Assembly: GCF_039654945.1 (NCBI RefSeq)
Contig: NW_027361810.1
Span: 3,224,001-3,288,000, forward strand
DNA: 64,000 bases
Reading direction: 5' to 3'
From: Dendrobates tinctorius
Lineage: Eukaryota
The translations under genes and the position numbers were made by a program. A model generated the notes under the pieces. It was not told the origin of the DNA and did not search any database. It saw only the letters and a program-made list of their open reading frames with translations. Shown piece by piece: positions 1-10,831 of the stretch; the stretch's first letter is position 1, and each line of letters starts with the position of its first letter.

Positions 1-277
1 ACTGCACAGCCCCGGTCACCACTGACATGGACATAAAGTGCAGCTCTGGGGTATAGTACTGCACAGCCCCGATCACCACTGACATGGACATAAAGTGCAG
101 CTCTGGGGTATAATACTGCACAGCCCCGATCACCACTGACATGGACATAAAGTGCAGCTCTGGGGTATAATATTGCACAACCCCGGTCACCACTGACATG
201 GACATAAAGTGCAGCTCTGGAGTATAATACTGCACAGCCCCGGTCACTACCGGCACGGACATAAAGTGCAGCTCTGC
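1..277. repeat. 57-bp satellite (family A), left array running off the window edge
   Basis: Unit ACTGCACAGCCCCGGTCACCACTGACATGGACATAAAGTGCAGCTCTGGGGTATAAT, about 5 copies. Confidence 0.95.
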
Positions 278-1044
278 TCCAGCTATACAAAAGACTTCAG
301 ATTTCACACTACCTGACTCCAGCAGACAATGTAGCTAAGTTCCATGTCACAGAACTAAGCTGCAGTGTAAAGTATGGGAAAGAAACAGACAAGAGTCTGA
401 GCCTCTGATGAAACATTTTGTGCTTCCTCAAACTCTAGTAGACAGTGCAGACAAGCTGAAGTAACTGCTAAAAGCTTCCCTTGATAGAGCAGAGCTGCAG
501 TGTAAAACATAAGGGTGGGACAGAGCTGAACTTAGGGCCCCCTGAGAATCGGATGACAGATTCTTGACTCCATACAGGTCTAATATAGAACGCAGCTTCT
601 TTGGAGTGACTTGTCGAGACTGGAGCGGCGCTGTCGATGGAGATCGGCAGCAGATAGGGGTCAGTATTGGGGGCTGAAGAGCAGATTCTGGAGATGTGGA
701 AGATGACTCCTCGTTTAGGGAAATACTTCATTATTCTGTAGCCCTTAGGTGTCGGCAGCAGGCGGATGAGGCCAAATGTCTCATAAATCTGTTTAATGTA
801 GTAATAAACTTTTACCAGGTCCTCAGACAATAAATGTCCCCCCACCCGACAGGTGTCAAACACAGCGCCGACCCATCAGCCACGTCCAATCTGCGGATCC
901 GCACGTGCTTGGTCCCGGAGCTGCCCTGGCGCCCTTACAGGGATATTTGCTCTGGAGTTACAGGACTTTTATTCCTGGTTGGGTCCCACTTCACAGCTGG
1001 AGACTCGAACATTAACCTTCATGGCCGCTCCCTCATTCACCGGA

Positions 1045-1051
1045 TATAAAA
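1045..1051 (+). promoter_or_regulatory. TATA box of the fibrinogen-like gene
   Basis: TATAAAA 60 nt upstream of the ATG at 1105. Confidence 0.6.
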
Positions 1052-1104
1052 AGCTTTTTTTTGTACGTGTCTGAGTGTTTGGGCCCAGATCTCCCAGTGC
1101 CAGG

Positions 1105-1279
1105 ATGCTGCCGGTAAAGCTGTGGACCTGCTGCTGCCTGATGCTGTCGGGTGTCTCCGTCTCCTGGACGGATGAGGGGAATGATCCCAATCAAAAGGCA
1201 AATCCGCTGATTGCTAATATCAAAATGATCGATGATGTGGGCACCATCATCAACTATAACGATCTACGACAGCGGAAAG
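1105..1279 (+). CDS. Fibrinogen-like (FGL1-like) protein, exon 1: signal peptide and short linker
   Basis: MLPVKLWTCCCLMLSGVSVS hydrophobic leader; donor AAG|GTAAGA at 1279/1280; 175 nt (phase 1), matching the exon 2 phase. Confidence 0.8.
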
Positions 1280-1373
1280 GTAAGACCCCCGCACTAGGAA
1301 GAGACTGCACGAGTTTGACTGGGGAATAGTCATCCATCGGCGGTCCATCAGTCAGAGGCAGACATACTGCTAG

Positions 1374-2050
1374 GCCGGATCATCACCCCCAGGACTCCCC
1401 TAGTCCTAGTGACATTGGATGATGGGTGTTCGGGGGCCGGATCATCAACCCCAGAACTCCTCGTCCTAGTGACAGTGGATGATGGGTGTTCGGGGGTCGG
1501 ATCATCACCCCCAGGACTTCCCTAGTCCTAGTGACATCAGATGATGGGTGTTCGGGGGCCGGATCATCACCCCCAGGACTTCCCTAGTCCTAGTGACATC
1601 AGATGATGGGAGTTCGGGGGCCGGATCATCACCCCCAGGACTCCTCGTCCTAGTGACAGTGGATGATGGGTGTTCGGGGGCCGGATCATCAACCCCAGAA
1701 CTCCTCGTCCTAGTGACATTGGATGATGGGAGTTCGGGGGCCGGATCATCACCCCCAGGACTCCTCGTCCCAGTGACATCGGAAGATGGGTGTTCGGGGG
1801 CCGCATCATCACCGCCCCAGGACTCCTCGTCCTAGTGACATTGGATGATGGGTGTTCGGGGGCCGGATCATCACCCCCAGGACTCCTCATCCTAGTGACA
1901 TCAGATGATGGGAGTTCGGGGGCCGGATCATCACCCCCAGGACTCCTCATCCTAGTGACATCAGATGATGGGAGTTCGGGGCTGCAGGGGCCAGATCATC
2001 ACCCCCCCAGGACTCCTTGTCCTAGTGACATTGGATGATGGGGTTCGGGG
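1374..2050. repeat. 60-bp intronic minisatellite, about 11 copies
   Basis: Unit CCGGATCATCACCCCCAGGACTCCTCGTCCTAGTGACATTGGATGATGGGTGTTCGGGGG; period 60 seen at 1621/1681/1741. Confidence 0.9.
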
Positions 2051-2114
2051 ATCTCTTCTGTTATTTTGTTAATTGACAAAACTATTACCTCTTCTGGCTT
2101 TGATACCTTTCTTA

Positions 2115-2307
2115 GGCCTCATTCACACATCAGTATTTTTGATCAGAATTTCACCAGCATTTGTATTTGCCAAAATCAGGAGTGTCTCCTAAACAAAGAT
2201 CAGCCGTCAGTCTTTCCATCATAGTTTTTCTCGGTAAGTTCCATTCCTGGCTTTGGCTACAAACACTGATGCAAAATACTGACCAAATACTGGTGTGTGA
2301 ATGAGCC
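2115..2307. mobile_element. Degenerate MITE (Harbinger-like)
   Basis: Inverted ends CTCATTCACACATCAGTATTT ... AAATACTGGTGTGTGAATGAG. Confidence 0.55.
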
Positions 2308-3338
2308 TGTACTCTGTAGCATTTTTCAGCTCCTGCCCAAGTCCTTTGCACAGTTCCGTATGTTACATGTAAATCACTTTTTTACAGTTTTATGACATAT
2401 TTTTGTCTTCAGCCCTGAGATCTTCACCACGGTGGCCTTAGGATGGGTGGTACAGGGGTGCAGCAGACACTTTAGAGATGCTCCCTAGAAACGTCACTCC
2501 ATTCCCTGACTCTAGCGCCATTTCTGGGGAGGGGCAGGAGGTTTATTAAGCGACATGTCCCTTATAATGACTTTGGCGCATTTTACCCCTCCGCGGCCCC
2601 TTCACCCAGACTGTACAACCCCAATCATAATGAATCGGCCCCTTTGTGTTTCCTCACTGTTTTTAAGATCTCTGCTTGCTGACAGTGAGATGAGCAGTCA
2701 TTGCGTCTGTCCAGACCTAATGCTGAGGGTTTGTTACCGGCGATCCTCTGTGAGCCGCACGGCTCTCTCCTGGACGGGCTCACACCATTAGTCCGGAGTC
2801 CAGGCTGCTGACGCTGAGGATTCGTTTTTCAGTCCCTAAATGTAAGTAAACTTGCTTTTATAAACTGACATCAAGCAGAGATCTTACCCCAAAGTTTCAC
2901 ATAGAAAATCAGAAAAGCTCTTTAATATTAGTAAATATTCCGAGTTGGGTTTCTCCAGAATTATTGTTCTGTGTAATAGACGCGAGACGGCTTATGGCAA
3001 CGATGATTAATATGATGGTGCCCTAAGAGGGTCCGATGTCCATCCCACTACTGGCTTCTCCTACATAGGTGATAACGATGGGGTAATTCCCACCATCCTC
3101 CAGTATAGAGCACCCCCCAGTATACAGCGCCCCCTATAGCTCATTGGGGCCAAGTTGCTCCTAATCTCTTCTCCAGGACGGACCCTCCAAATTCCTGACC
3201 TCTGGGTGTTGCGGAGAGTGGGGTGTAACTTCAGGCATCCAGAGGGGTCTTTGGACCCCCCGGTCACCCACCCGCACAACGTCCGTATAATTGATCTGTG
3301 AACGTCCTGATGGTTTCATTAGTTTTGGTCTCTTTCAG

Positions 3339-3988
3339 TCTTTTTCACCAGGGACTGTGATGAACTCTACCTCCTGGGGCACAGGAAGAGCGGAGTCTAC
3401 GTGATCCAGCCGGTGGGCTCCCCTTACCTCGTAGTCCAGTGCTACATGTATGACTGCGGGGGCTGGACCGTCATCCAGAGGAACAGCCTCGGCACAAACA
3501 TCACTTGGAGCGAACCGTGGACAGGGTACGAGTACGGCTTCGGGAACATCGAGCTGGATCATTACCTCGGCAATCACTATATCAATCTGTTAACGGAGCA
3601 GAAGTGGAACAAAGTCCGGTTCCTCCTGGTTGATTCTGAGAACAGGACCAAGACGGCGGACTACGACAGCTTCTACCTGACCACCGCTGCGGACAAGTAC
3701 CGCCTGAGGCTGGGGACATACGAGGGAGACGCTGGGGACGCCATGTCAGCGGGGACCCACAAAAACCTACACGACAACATGAGGTTCTCGACCCACGATG
3801 ATGACAACGACCGGCTCTACAATACAAACTGCGCCAATAATTACGGCGGCGGCTGGTGGTACGACTCCTGCTACGATGCCCACCTCAACAATAAGGGGCT
3901 TCTGCACTGGAAAAAGCTCTGCGACCATAACTGCAAGGGCTCGCTCATCCTGATCAAACCCGTCCATATGTATTGTCACCGGGTGTAG
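3339..3988 (+). CDS. Fibrinogen-like (FGL1-like) protein, exon 2: complete fibrinogen C-terminal (FReD) domain
   Basis: Acceptor TCTTTCAG|TC. Reads RDCDELY..SGVYVIQP..GGWTVIQR..YGFGN..YLGN..FSTHDDDND..NCA..GGWWYDSC..LN. Spliced CDS is 825 nt = 274 aa. Confidence 0.92.
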
Positions 3989-4080
3989 AGACCGCACCGA
4001 CTGAGCCCCAATCCTCTACATTCCCTGTAGTCCTGCGAATATAAAATCCGTTAATCAGTAATACGTGTGATCATCTGATT

Positions 4081-4086
4081 AATAAA
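4081..4086 (+). promoter_or_regulatory. Polyadenylation signal of the fibrinogen-like gene
   Basis: AATAAA about 90 nt after the stop. Confidence 0.65.
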
Positions 4087-5629
4087 GAGCAACACGTGAG
4101 CGGAGTCTGGAAACGTTACTGCGTCCGGCGAGCAAAAGGTCACAGTCACATGATCAGCCATGGCTGGATGTATGGGGGGCACTCAGCCATGATGGGGGGG
4201 GGGTGTGTATGATAGGGGTGCTCCTCTGTGCCAAACAGCCACCATTATGTCATACAGCCGTAGTCAGTCACCAGTAAAGGTACTGTCACACTTAGCGATG
4301 CACCAGCGATATGACGCGGTCAGGATCGCTGGTGCATCGCTAAGTGGTCGCTAGTGAGCTGCCACACAGGCAGATCTCACCAGCGACATAAGAGTCCGGC
4401 CACAGATATTGTAGTTATGCCCCCCACGACTGATGGCCTCCTAACGCCACTGCAAGCACTGCCAGGATGAGGCCCAGAATCTCACCCACGAGGGTCGATA
4501 AGAGTCTGAGGCCGGACTGTTCTGGGTAGAAGTGAAGCCCAGGGGAATGAGAGAAGTCACCGGCGTACGCTGACCAGATGGCGTTCTGCACCAGAGGCCG
4601 ATGCACCATCATTTATGTCTTTTTTTGAGCCATTCTCTCATTTGTTTCTTTGCCTAATTTATCCATTTTGTATCTTTTTTTTTAAGCTTTCGGACACCTT
4701 TATTATTTGTTCATCGCCGTGGGCATAGAGAACGATCATAAGTCCAGATGTTCTCGACTAATTCTTCATTTGGATCTTTTCAAAAAGTTATAATGTTTAG
4801 TAGAAATGTACGTTACTACACCCGCAGCGGGTTTTTTTTTTTTTTTTGTGCAGAAGATAAATGTGCAACATTTTAAAGCATCAGGCAACTTTCAACTCAA
4901 TTTCAAGGGCGCAAAATACCCAAAAGATTCTTTTTTTTTTTTTTTTTTTTTAAAAAGGGCACAGTAATTTCTGTATTTATGTCCCTAACACCTGAAAACC
5001 AACCATCATCTGGACGAGGCTCAGAACTGAGTGCAACATGGACACAGCTGGACCGTGCGGAGCACTGTACAATGTGACGGTGTGCCATTCACTCGCCCAG
5101 CGCTCTACCACTGCTCCTCGCCAAACCTGCAGTGATGACCTCATGTTCATATCAACGCTGCAGCCAATCACCAGCATCAATAGTCCCTCTCATATAAGTA
5201 AAGATTACCTCTGAGGCTGTGGATTGGCAGCACCATCACATTATGGACATGACGCCATATTAAATACTTCCAGACTTCCTGCCCTCCTGGCTACGCCACT
5301 TAAGCAAATTGGCGCATTTGGTTGCATTTTACTTTTTTTTTGGTAACAAGACTGCTAACTATGTAAAATGGACCAGAGTTTCTATTGCCTGACAGCAAGC
5401 AGAGGTGTTGGAAACTGTAAGGATTTCCTCATCAGCTTCTGACCTTTGATTTTTTGCACTTGTGTTGAGCAGAGGAGGTAACATAATACATAATGTCTGT
5501 GTAACGAATCAATAATGTGCCGGATTCTCTGCTTGCCGTCAGCTCCTCTCAGGGTCACGCTTGGCGCAGGGAATGTACGTAGCCTGAAATTAAAATCTAA
5601 TCCCTGTCCTCCTGATACAGCAGGATTGC

Positions 5630-6915
5630 CACACTACCGTCACATGTATCCACACCGCCCACTACCGTCACAGGTACCCGCACCACACGCTGCGGGCACA
5701 TGTATCCGCACCGCACGCTGCGAGCACATGTATCCGCACCGCACGCTGCGAGCACATGTATCCGCACCGCACGCTGCGAGCACATGTATCCGCACCGCAC
5801 GCTGCGAGCACATGTATCCGCACCGCACACTGCGAGCACATGTATCCGCACCGCACGCTGCGAGCACATGTATCCGCACCGCACGCTGCGAGCACATGTA
5901 TCCGCACCGCACGCTGCGAGCACATGTATCCGCACCGCACGCTGCGAGCACATGTATCCGCACCGCCCACTACCGTCACAGGTACCCACACCACACGCTG
6001 CAAGCACATGTATTCACACCGCACCGCCCGCTGCCAGCACATGTATCCGCACCGCACATGTATTCACACCGCACCGCCCGCTGTGAGCACATGTACCGAC
6101 ACCGCACGCTGCGAGCACATGTATCCGCACCGCCCGCTGCGAGCACATGTATCCGCACCGCACGCTGCGAGCACGTATTCACACCGCACCACCAGCTGTG
6201 AGCACATGTATCCGCACCGCACGCTGCGAGCACATGTATCCGCACCGCACGCTGCGAGCACATGTATCCGCACCGCACGCTGCGAGCACATGTATCCGCA
6301 CCGCACGCTGCGAGCACATGTATCCGCACCGCACGCTGCGAGCACATGTATCCGCACCTCCCACTACCGTCACAGGTACCCACACCACGCTGCAAGCACA
6401 TGTATTCACACCGCACCGCCCGCTGCCAGCACATGTATCCGCACCGCACATGTATTCACACCGCCCGCTGCGAGCACATGTATCCGCACCGCACGCTGCG
6501 AGCACGTATTCACACCGCACCACCAGCTGCGAGCACATGTATCCACACCGCACCACACGCTGCGAGCACATGTATCCGCACCGCACGCTGCGAGCACATG
6601 TATCCGTACCGCCCGCTGCGAGCACATGTATCCGCACCGCACGCTGCGAGCACATGTATCCGCACCGCACGCTGCGAGCACATGTATCCGCACCGCACGC
6701 TGCGCGCACATGTATCCGCACCGCACGCTGCGCGCACATGTATCCGCACCGCACGCTGCGAGCACATGTATCCGCACCGCACGCTGCGAGCACATGTATC
6801 CGCACCGCACACTGCGTGCACATGAATCCGCACCGCCTGCTGCGTGCACATGAATCTGCACCGCCTGCTGCATGCACACGTATCTGCATCGCCTGCTGCG
6901 AGCACATGTATCCCT
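5630..6915. repeat. 28-bp CpG-rich minisatellite
   Basis: Unit CATGTATCCGCACCGCACGCTGCGAGCA with recurring variant blocks. Confidence 0.92.
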
Positions 6916-7715
6916 GATGTGTCTGCAATGAGGACACACAGCCACCAAGGAATATTCCGGAAACGTGGACAAATCCGGCAGGATTCTTCACGATATGTAG
7001 AGTAATCTGGTGTATAACATTCAATAGTCAGTATGTCAGACCCCCACAATCACATGAGCACCACTGGGGGGGGGGGGGGTTGTAACTACTACGAGACTAA
7101 GCAGAGCTGCAGTGTAAAGCAGAGCTGTATGTGTTTATGGACAGACCGCTGACCCATTATAGTCAATGGGGCTATTCACATTGTATCTTCCCTGATCCTC
7201 CATTGGGGAGGCTCAGAGCAGCAGCTGAGCTAATGAGACAGGAGGGGTATAGTTCAGACTACTGTAGACTCCAGTAGACAGTGGAGCTAAACTGAAGTCA
7301 TTGATCAGAGTTATGCATTAAAGGGATCATCTGGAAAGTGCTCACGTCCACATCAGGGGGGTGTTGTGATGACTTCAGATGCATGCCAACTCGCATGAGC
7401 CAAAAAACAGATGACGCGGCGTTAAAACCCGGTGCAGAAGTGAGCAGGGCCAGATTACCCCTTTAATAGAGCAGTGTTGCTTTGTGAAGCATGGGGAGCC
7501 TCCAGGCTAAGGCCAGGTTCACTCACATATAGAGCTCTCTGCTGACTACCGTCAGGTTTACGCCGTAACCCCCCTAACACAGAAATCCAATGAACTACAA
7601 TGAGGCCGTCAGAGGCTGTGGACACTCTCTGGCCTCCATGTCTTTTTCCGACATGCATAAAAACGATGGATTTATGGGAAAAATATATAAAATTATGAAT
7701 TGTAGAAAGCAACGG

Positions 7716-7721
7716 TTTATT
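7716..7721 (-). promoter_or_regulatory. Candidate TMEM177 polyadenylation signal
   Basis: TTTATT on + (AATAAA on -), about 410 nt after the stop. Confidence 0.5.
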
Positions 7722-8128
7722 GTGTCGGATCAGCTGATGCCATGACGCTCATCAGCTCACATGACAGAGCGTCCACACTGCAGGAACGCAGGTTCGCGTC
7801 TCCAGGATTCGCCGCATGACTTGTATCTATCGTGGCTCCTTGGTAAATGGCCAGAAACTTCTCCAATGTGGCAGCATCAGATAAGTGCTGCCGAGTGCTC
7901 GGGAGCAGCTAAGAGCATGATGGATCTCAGAGAAAGTGGAACCATGGGTGCCATATACAGACCGCAAACAGGGCAGGACAGACGGATGGACGACCCCTGG
8001 GTGGTCATGCCCTCTGCAGCCTAGTGCGGACGGTGGGGATATTGGGAACGGCTCCGATCCGGTGAGAGAACATTTAGGGAACTCTATAAGGATGCACACG
8101 GTCTGGCCCGATCATTCCTGACGATGCT

Positions 8129-9061
8129 TCACTCCTTCAGCTTCTCCAGAGCGTGCAGGATCCGGTCTCTCCGGCATGTGTACGGGGCGTGCTTCAGTCT
8201 CAGTTTATGTTTTGGGAACAGGTTCCCACTGGGTGCGTACATGGTCTCCCCCTGTTTACCCATAATCCCCCGGAGCAGCCTATTACGTGCCAGTATCTTC
8301 TCGTAGAACTCCAGCCCACCCTGGGCATACTCCGCAGACACCGCAGCCGCCTTCCTGTCTGACCTGTAGTCCAACCAGTGACTGACTGCTTCATAGCACA
8401 GACAATAGCCCGTAAAGCCCAGGAGAACGGCGAGAACATTGAAGACCCCCCGCAATATCAGGGGTCCGGAGTACAGACCGAGGAGCTGCTTGATGGCCAC
8501 ACTGGATACACAGACGCTGGTCAGGCAGAGCGGGGCCACCGACGCCTGCAAGATGGGGCCACTGGACTGGGCGTGAAGAGCTTCCCGGGCCATGGAGAAT
8601 TTCTGGGCCTTTACGGATAAGGTCAGGGAGTCTCGTAGCCGGATCCCGGCTTCACTCGCCCAGTCCACCTCCTGGCCATTGATCACCAGCAGACGGTCCG
8701 CGGTGCCGGCTCCATCCGCCTCCGTACTGTTATAATTAGCGGGAATTCCAATCAAGCTGCCGCTGGGAAACCACGGGACCCCGGCACTGACAGGCTGGAA
8801 GCCGTACGCAGCAAATGCAGTGAAGCCTGAGGGGGACAGGTGGGCGTCAGCCAGGACCCCTCGGAGCAGGGTCTGCAGGTGCTCGCTGAGTGGTGCCGGC
8901 TCGCCTCTCGTCCACGCCTGATACAATCTCCTGAACGTCTGCTCCGGGAACACGTGGTACGAAACGTTCACAGCAAGCAGAGCCAGAGAAGACGCCCCGA
9001 GAAGCCTCCCCCGGTGCTGCCGAGCCGAGCCGCAGAGCTTCAAGAACAGGGCGGACGCCAT
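8129..9061 (-). CDS. TMEM177: Transmembrane protein 177 (mitochondrial, COX20-associated), single coding exon
   Basis: 310 aa from MASALFLK; motifs FQPVSAG.P, IGIPANY, AQKF..ARE, WLDYR.DR.AA, GG.EFY.K.L..NR.LR, Y.PSGN..P.H; acceptor TTGTCAG| at 9073/9072, 11 nt before the ATG. Confidence 0.93.
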   Translation of the reverse strand: MASALFLKLCGSARQHRGRLLGASSLALLAVNVSYHVFPEQTFRRLYQAWTRGEPAPLSEHLQTLLRGVLADAHLSPSGFTAFAAYGFQPVSAGVPWFPSGSLIGIPANYNSTEADGAGTADRLLVINGQEVDWASEAGIRLRDSLTLSVKAQKFSMAREALHAQSSGPILQASVAPLCLTSVCVSSVAIKQLLGLYSGPLILRGVFNVLAVLLGFTGYCLCYEAVSHWLDYRSDRKAAAVSAEYAQGGLEFYEKILARNRLLRGIMGKQGETMYAPSGNLFPKHKLRLKHAPYTCRRDRILHALEKLKE

Positions 9062-9373
9062 GCTCCGACAACCTGACAACAAGAGAACAGACAACAGTCA
9101 GAAATCTGCCAGACACCCCAAAACTACCTACAGGGGCAACAGGCTGAGCATAGACCCCCAAATAACGCCCAGGACAGCGTCCCAGTCACTGAAAGCAAGC
9201 AGAGATGTGGACAGTGGGGGGACAGTGAAACTAAGCGGCAGCAGCTCACTACATGAGGACAATCCCACCCAGAGGCCAAGACCCCTAATAAGTATCAGCC
9301 TGCAGACCCCCAGGGGCCCCCGGTGCCTCATGTCCTGCAGAACCTGCAAACAACCACAATACGTGCAGGTTAC

Positions 9374-9600
9374 CACATGTCGTGACACTATAAGCCACTA
9401 TCGCGATAATCCCTGCAGCTGCCCCGAAACAAGTTCCGGTTCTGACCTCCAACACGAGCAGCCTCTGCGGCCGTAAAGCGCGGCCTGACGAACAAGCGCA
9501 GATGACGCTGCGTTCCAGTGACGCAGGGCGCGGTGACGTCAGTAGACACGTTGTATCAACATTGCGCGCTATAGACGGCGACGGCAGAAAATGCTGAGAT
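9374..9600 (-). promoter_or_regulatory. CpG-rich TMEM177 promoter and probable non-coding first exon
   Basis: High CpG density; candidate donor TG|GTAACC at 9374/9373; palindromic CRE TGACGTCA 9534-9541; ETS-like CCGGAA on - near 9434-9439. Confidence 0.6.
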
Positions 9601-9604
9601 CGCC

Positions 9605-9962
9605 CGATCCCGTGTGACTTGTGATCGCTCCGGACCCTGTGAGATCCCTCCGGATACTGTGATCGCCTCGAACCCTGTGTGATTCCTATGGACGCTGTGT
9701 GATTCCGTGTGATCCTCCTTGACCCCGTGCCATCAATCATCCTCCTGGACCCCGTGTGATCTTTCCTGACCCCGTGCGATGGCCCCAGACCCCGTGTGAT
9801 CGCTGCGGATCCTAAGTGATCCTTCCTGACCTCATGCAATGACCTCGGATCCTGTGTGATCCTTCCTGACCCCGTGTGATCACCTCGGACCCCATGTGAT
9901 CGCCCTGGATCCCGTGTGATCCCACCTGAACCTATGCGATGGCCCCAGATCCCGTGTGATCT
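9605..9962. repeat. Degenerate ~20-bp tandem repeat
   Basis: Recurring GACCCCGTGTGATC core. Confidence 0.7.
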
Positions 9963-10831
9963 CTCATCCTGCGGCTCAGATCAGGAGATATTTTAATTTC
10001 TCAGTTTTTACGAGGCGCTGAACGCACTGGCGATGTTCTGTGATCTGACAGAAGCCATCATAAATCCACTGGTGTATTAATAGTGGCCCTTTAGGCTGGT
10101 CCTTAGTGGTGGGCTGACGGCTGGCGCCCCCTATCAGCCGGCACCGCATATTACTGTTAGGAATCTATGGGTAATGGCGCAGTGACTTTCAGCAGCAGCA
10201 GCCGGGCTCTGCAAGCCAAACCTCCAACTCCTCAGTTACCCTGACACTGACTACACAACTCAGACTCCACAGCCCCGGTCACTACTGACATGGACATAAA
10301 GTGCAGCTCTGGAGTATAATACTGCACAGCCCCGGTCACCACTGACATGGACATAAAGTGCAGCTCTGGAGTATAATACTGCACAGCCCCGGTCACTACT
10401 GACATGGACATAAAGTGTAGCTCTGGGGTATAATACTGCACAGCCCCGGTCACCACTGACATGGACATAAAGTGCAGCTCTGGAGTATAATACTGCACAG
10501 CCCCGGTCACTACTGACATGGATATAAAGTGCAGCTCTGGGGTATAATACTGCACAGCCCCGGTCACCACTGACATGGACAAAAAGTACAGCTCTGGGGT
10601 ATAATACTGCACAGCCCGGTCACTACTGACATGGACATAAAGTGTAGCTCTGGAGTATAATACTGCACAGCCCCGGTCACTACTGACATGGACATAAAGT
10701 GTAGCTCTGGGGTATAATACTGCACAGCCCCAGTCACCACTGACATGGACATGAAGTGCAGCTCTGGGGTATAATACTGCACAGCCCCGATCACCACTGA
10801 CATGGACATAAAGTGCAGCTCTGGGGTATAA

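Noticed and set aside
468-863. 131-aa minus-strand ORF
   Set aside because: Non-ATG start, no motifs, and overlaps dispersed GCTGCAGTGTAAA repeat remnants also seen near 7105, 31855 and 33505.
5515-7049. Multiple Cys/His/Arg-rich ORFs
   Set aside because: Products of the 28-bp minisatellite in all frames.
9062-9094. Extended TMEM177 N-terminus MSVLLLSGCRS from the ORF track
   Set aside because: It runs through the polypyrimidine tract and acceptor at 9073; the real start is the ATG at 9061.
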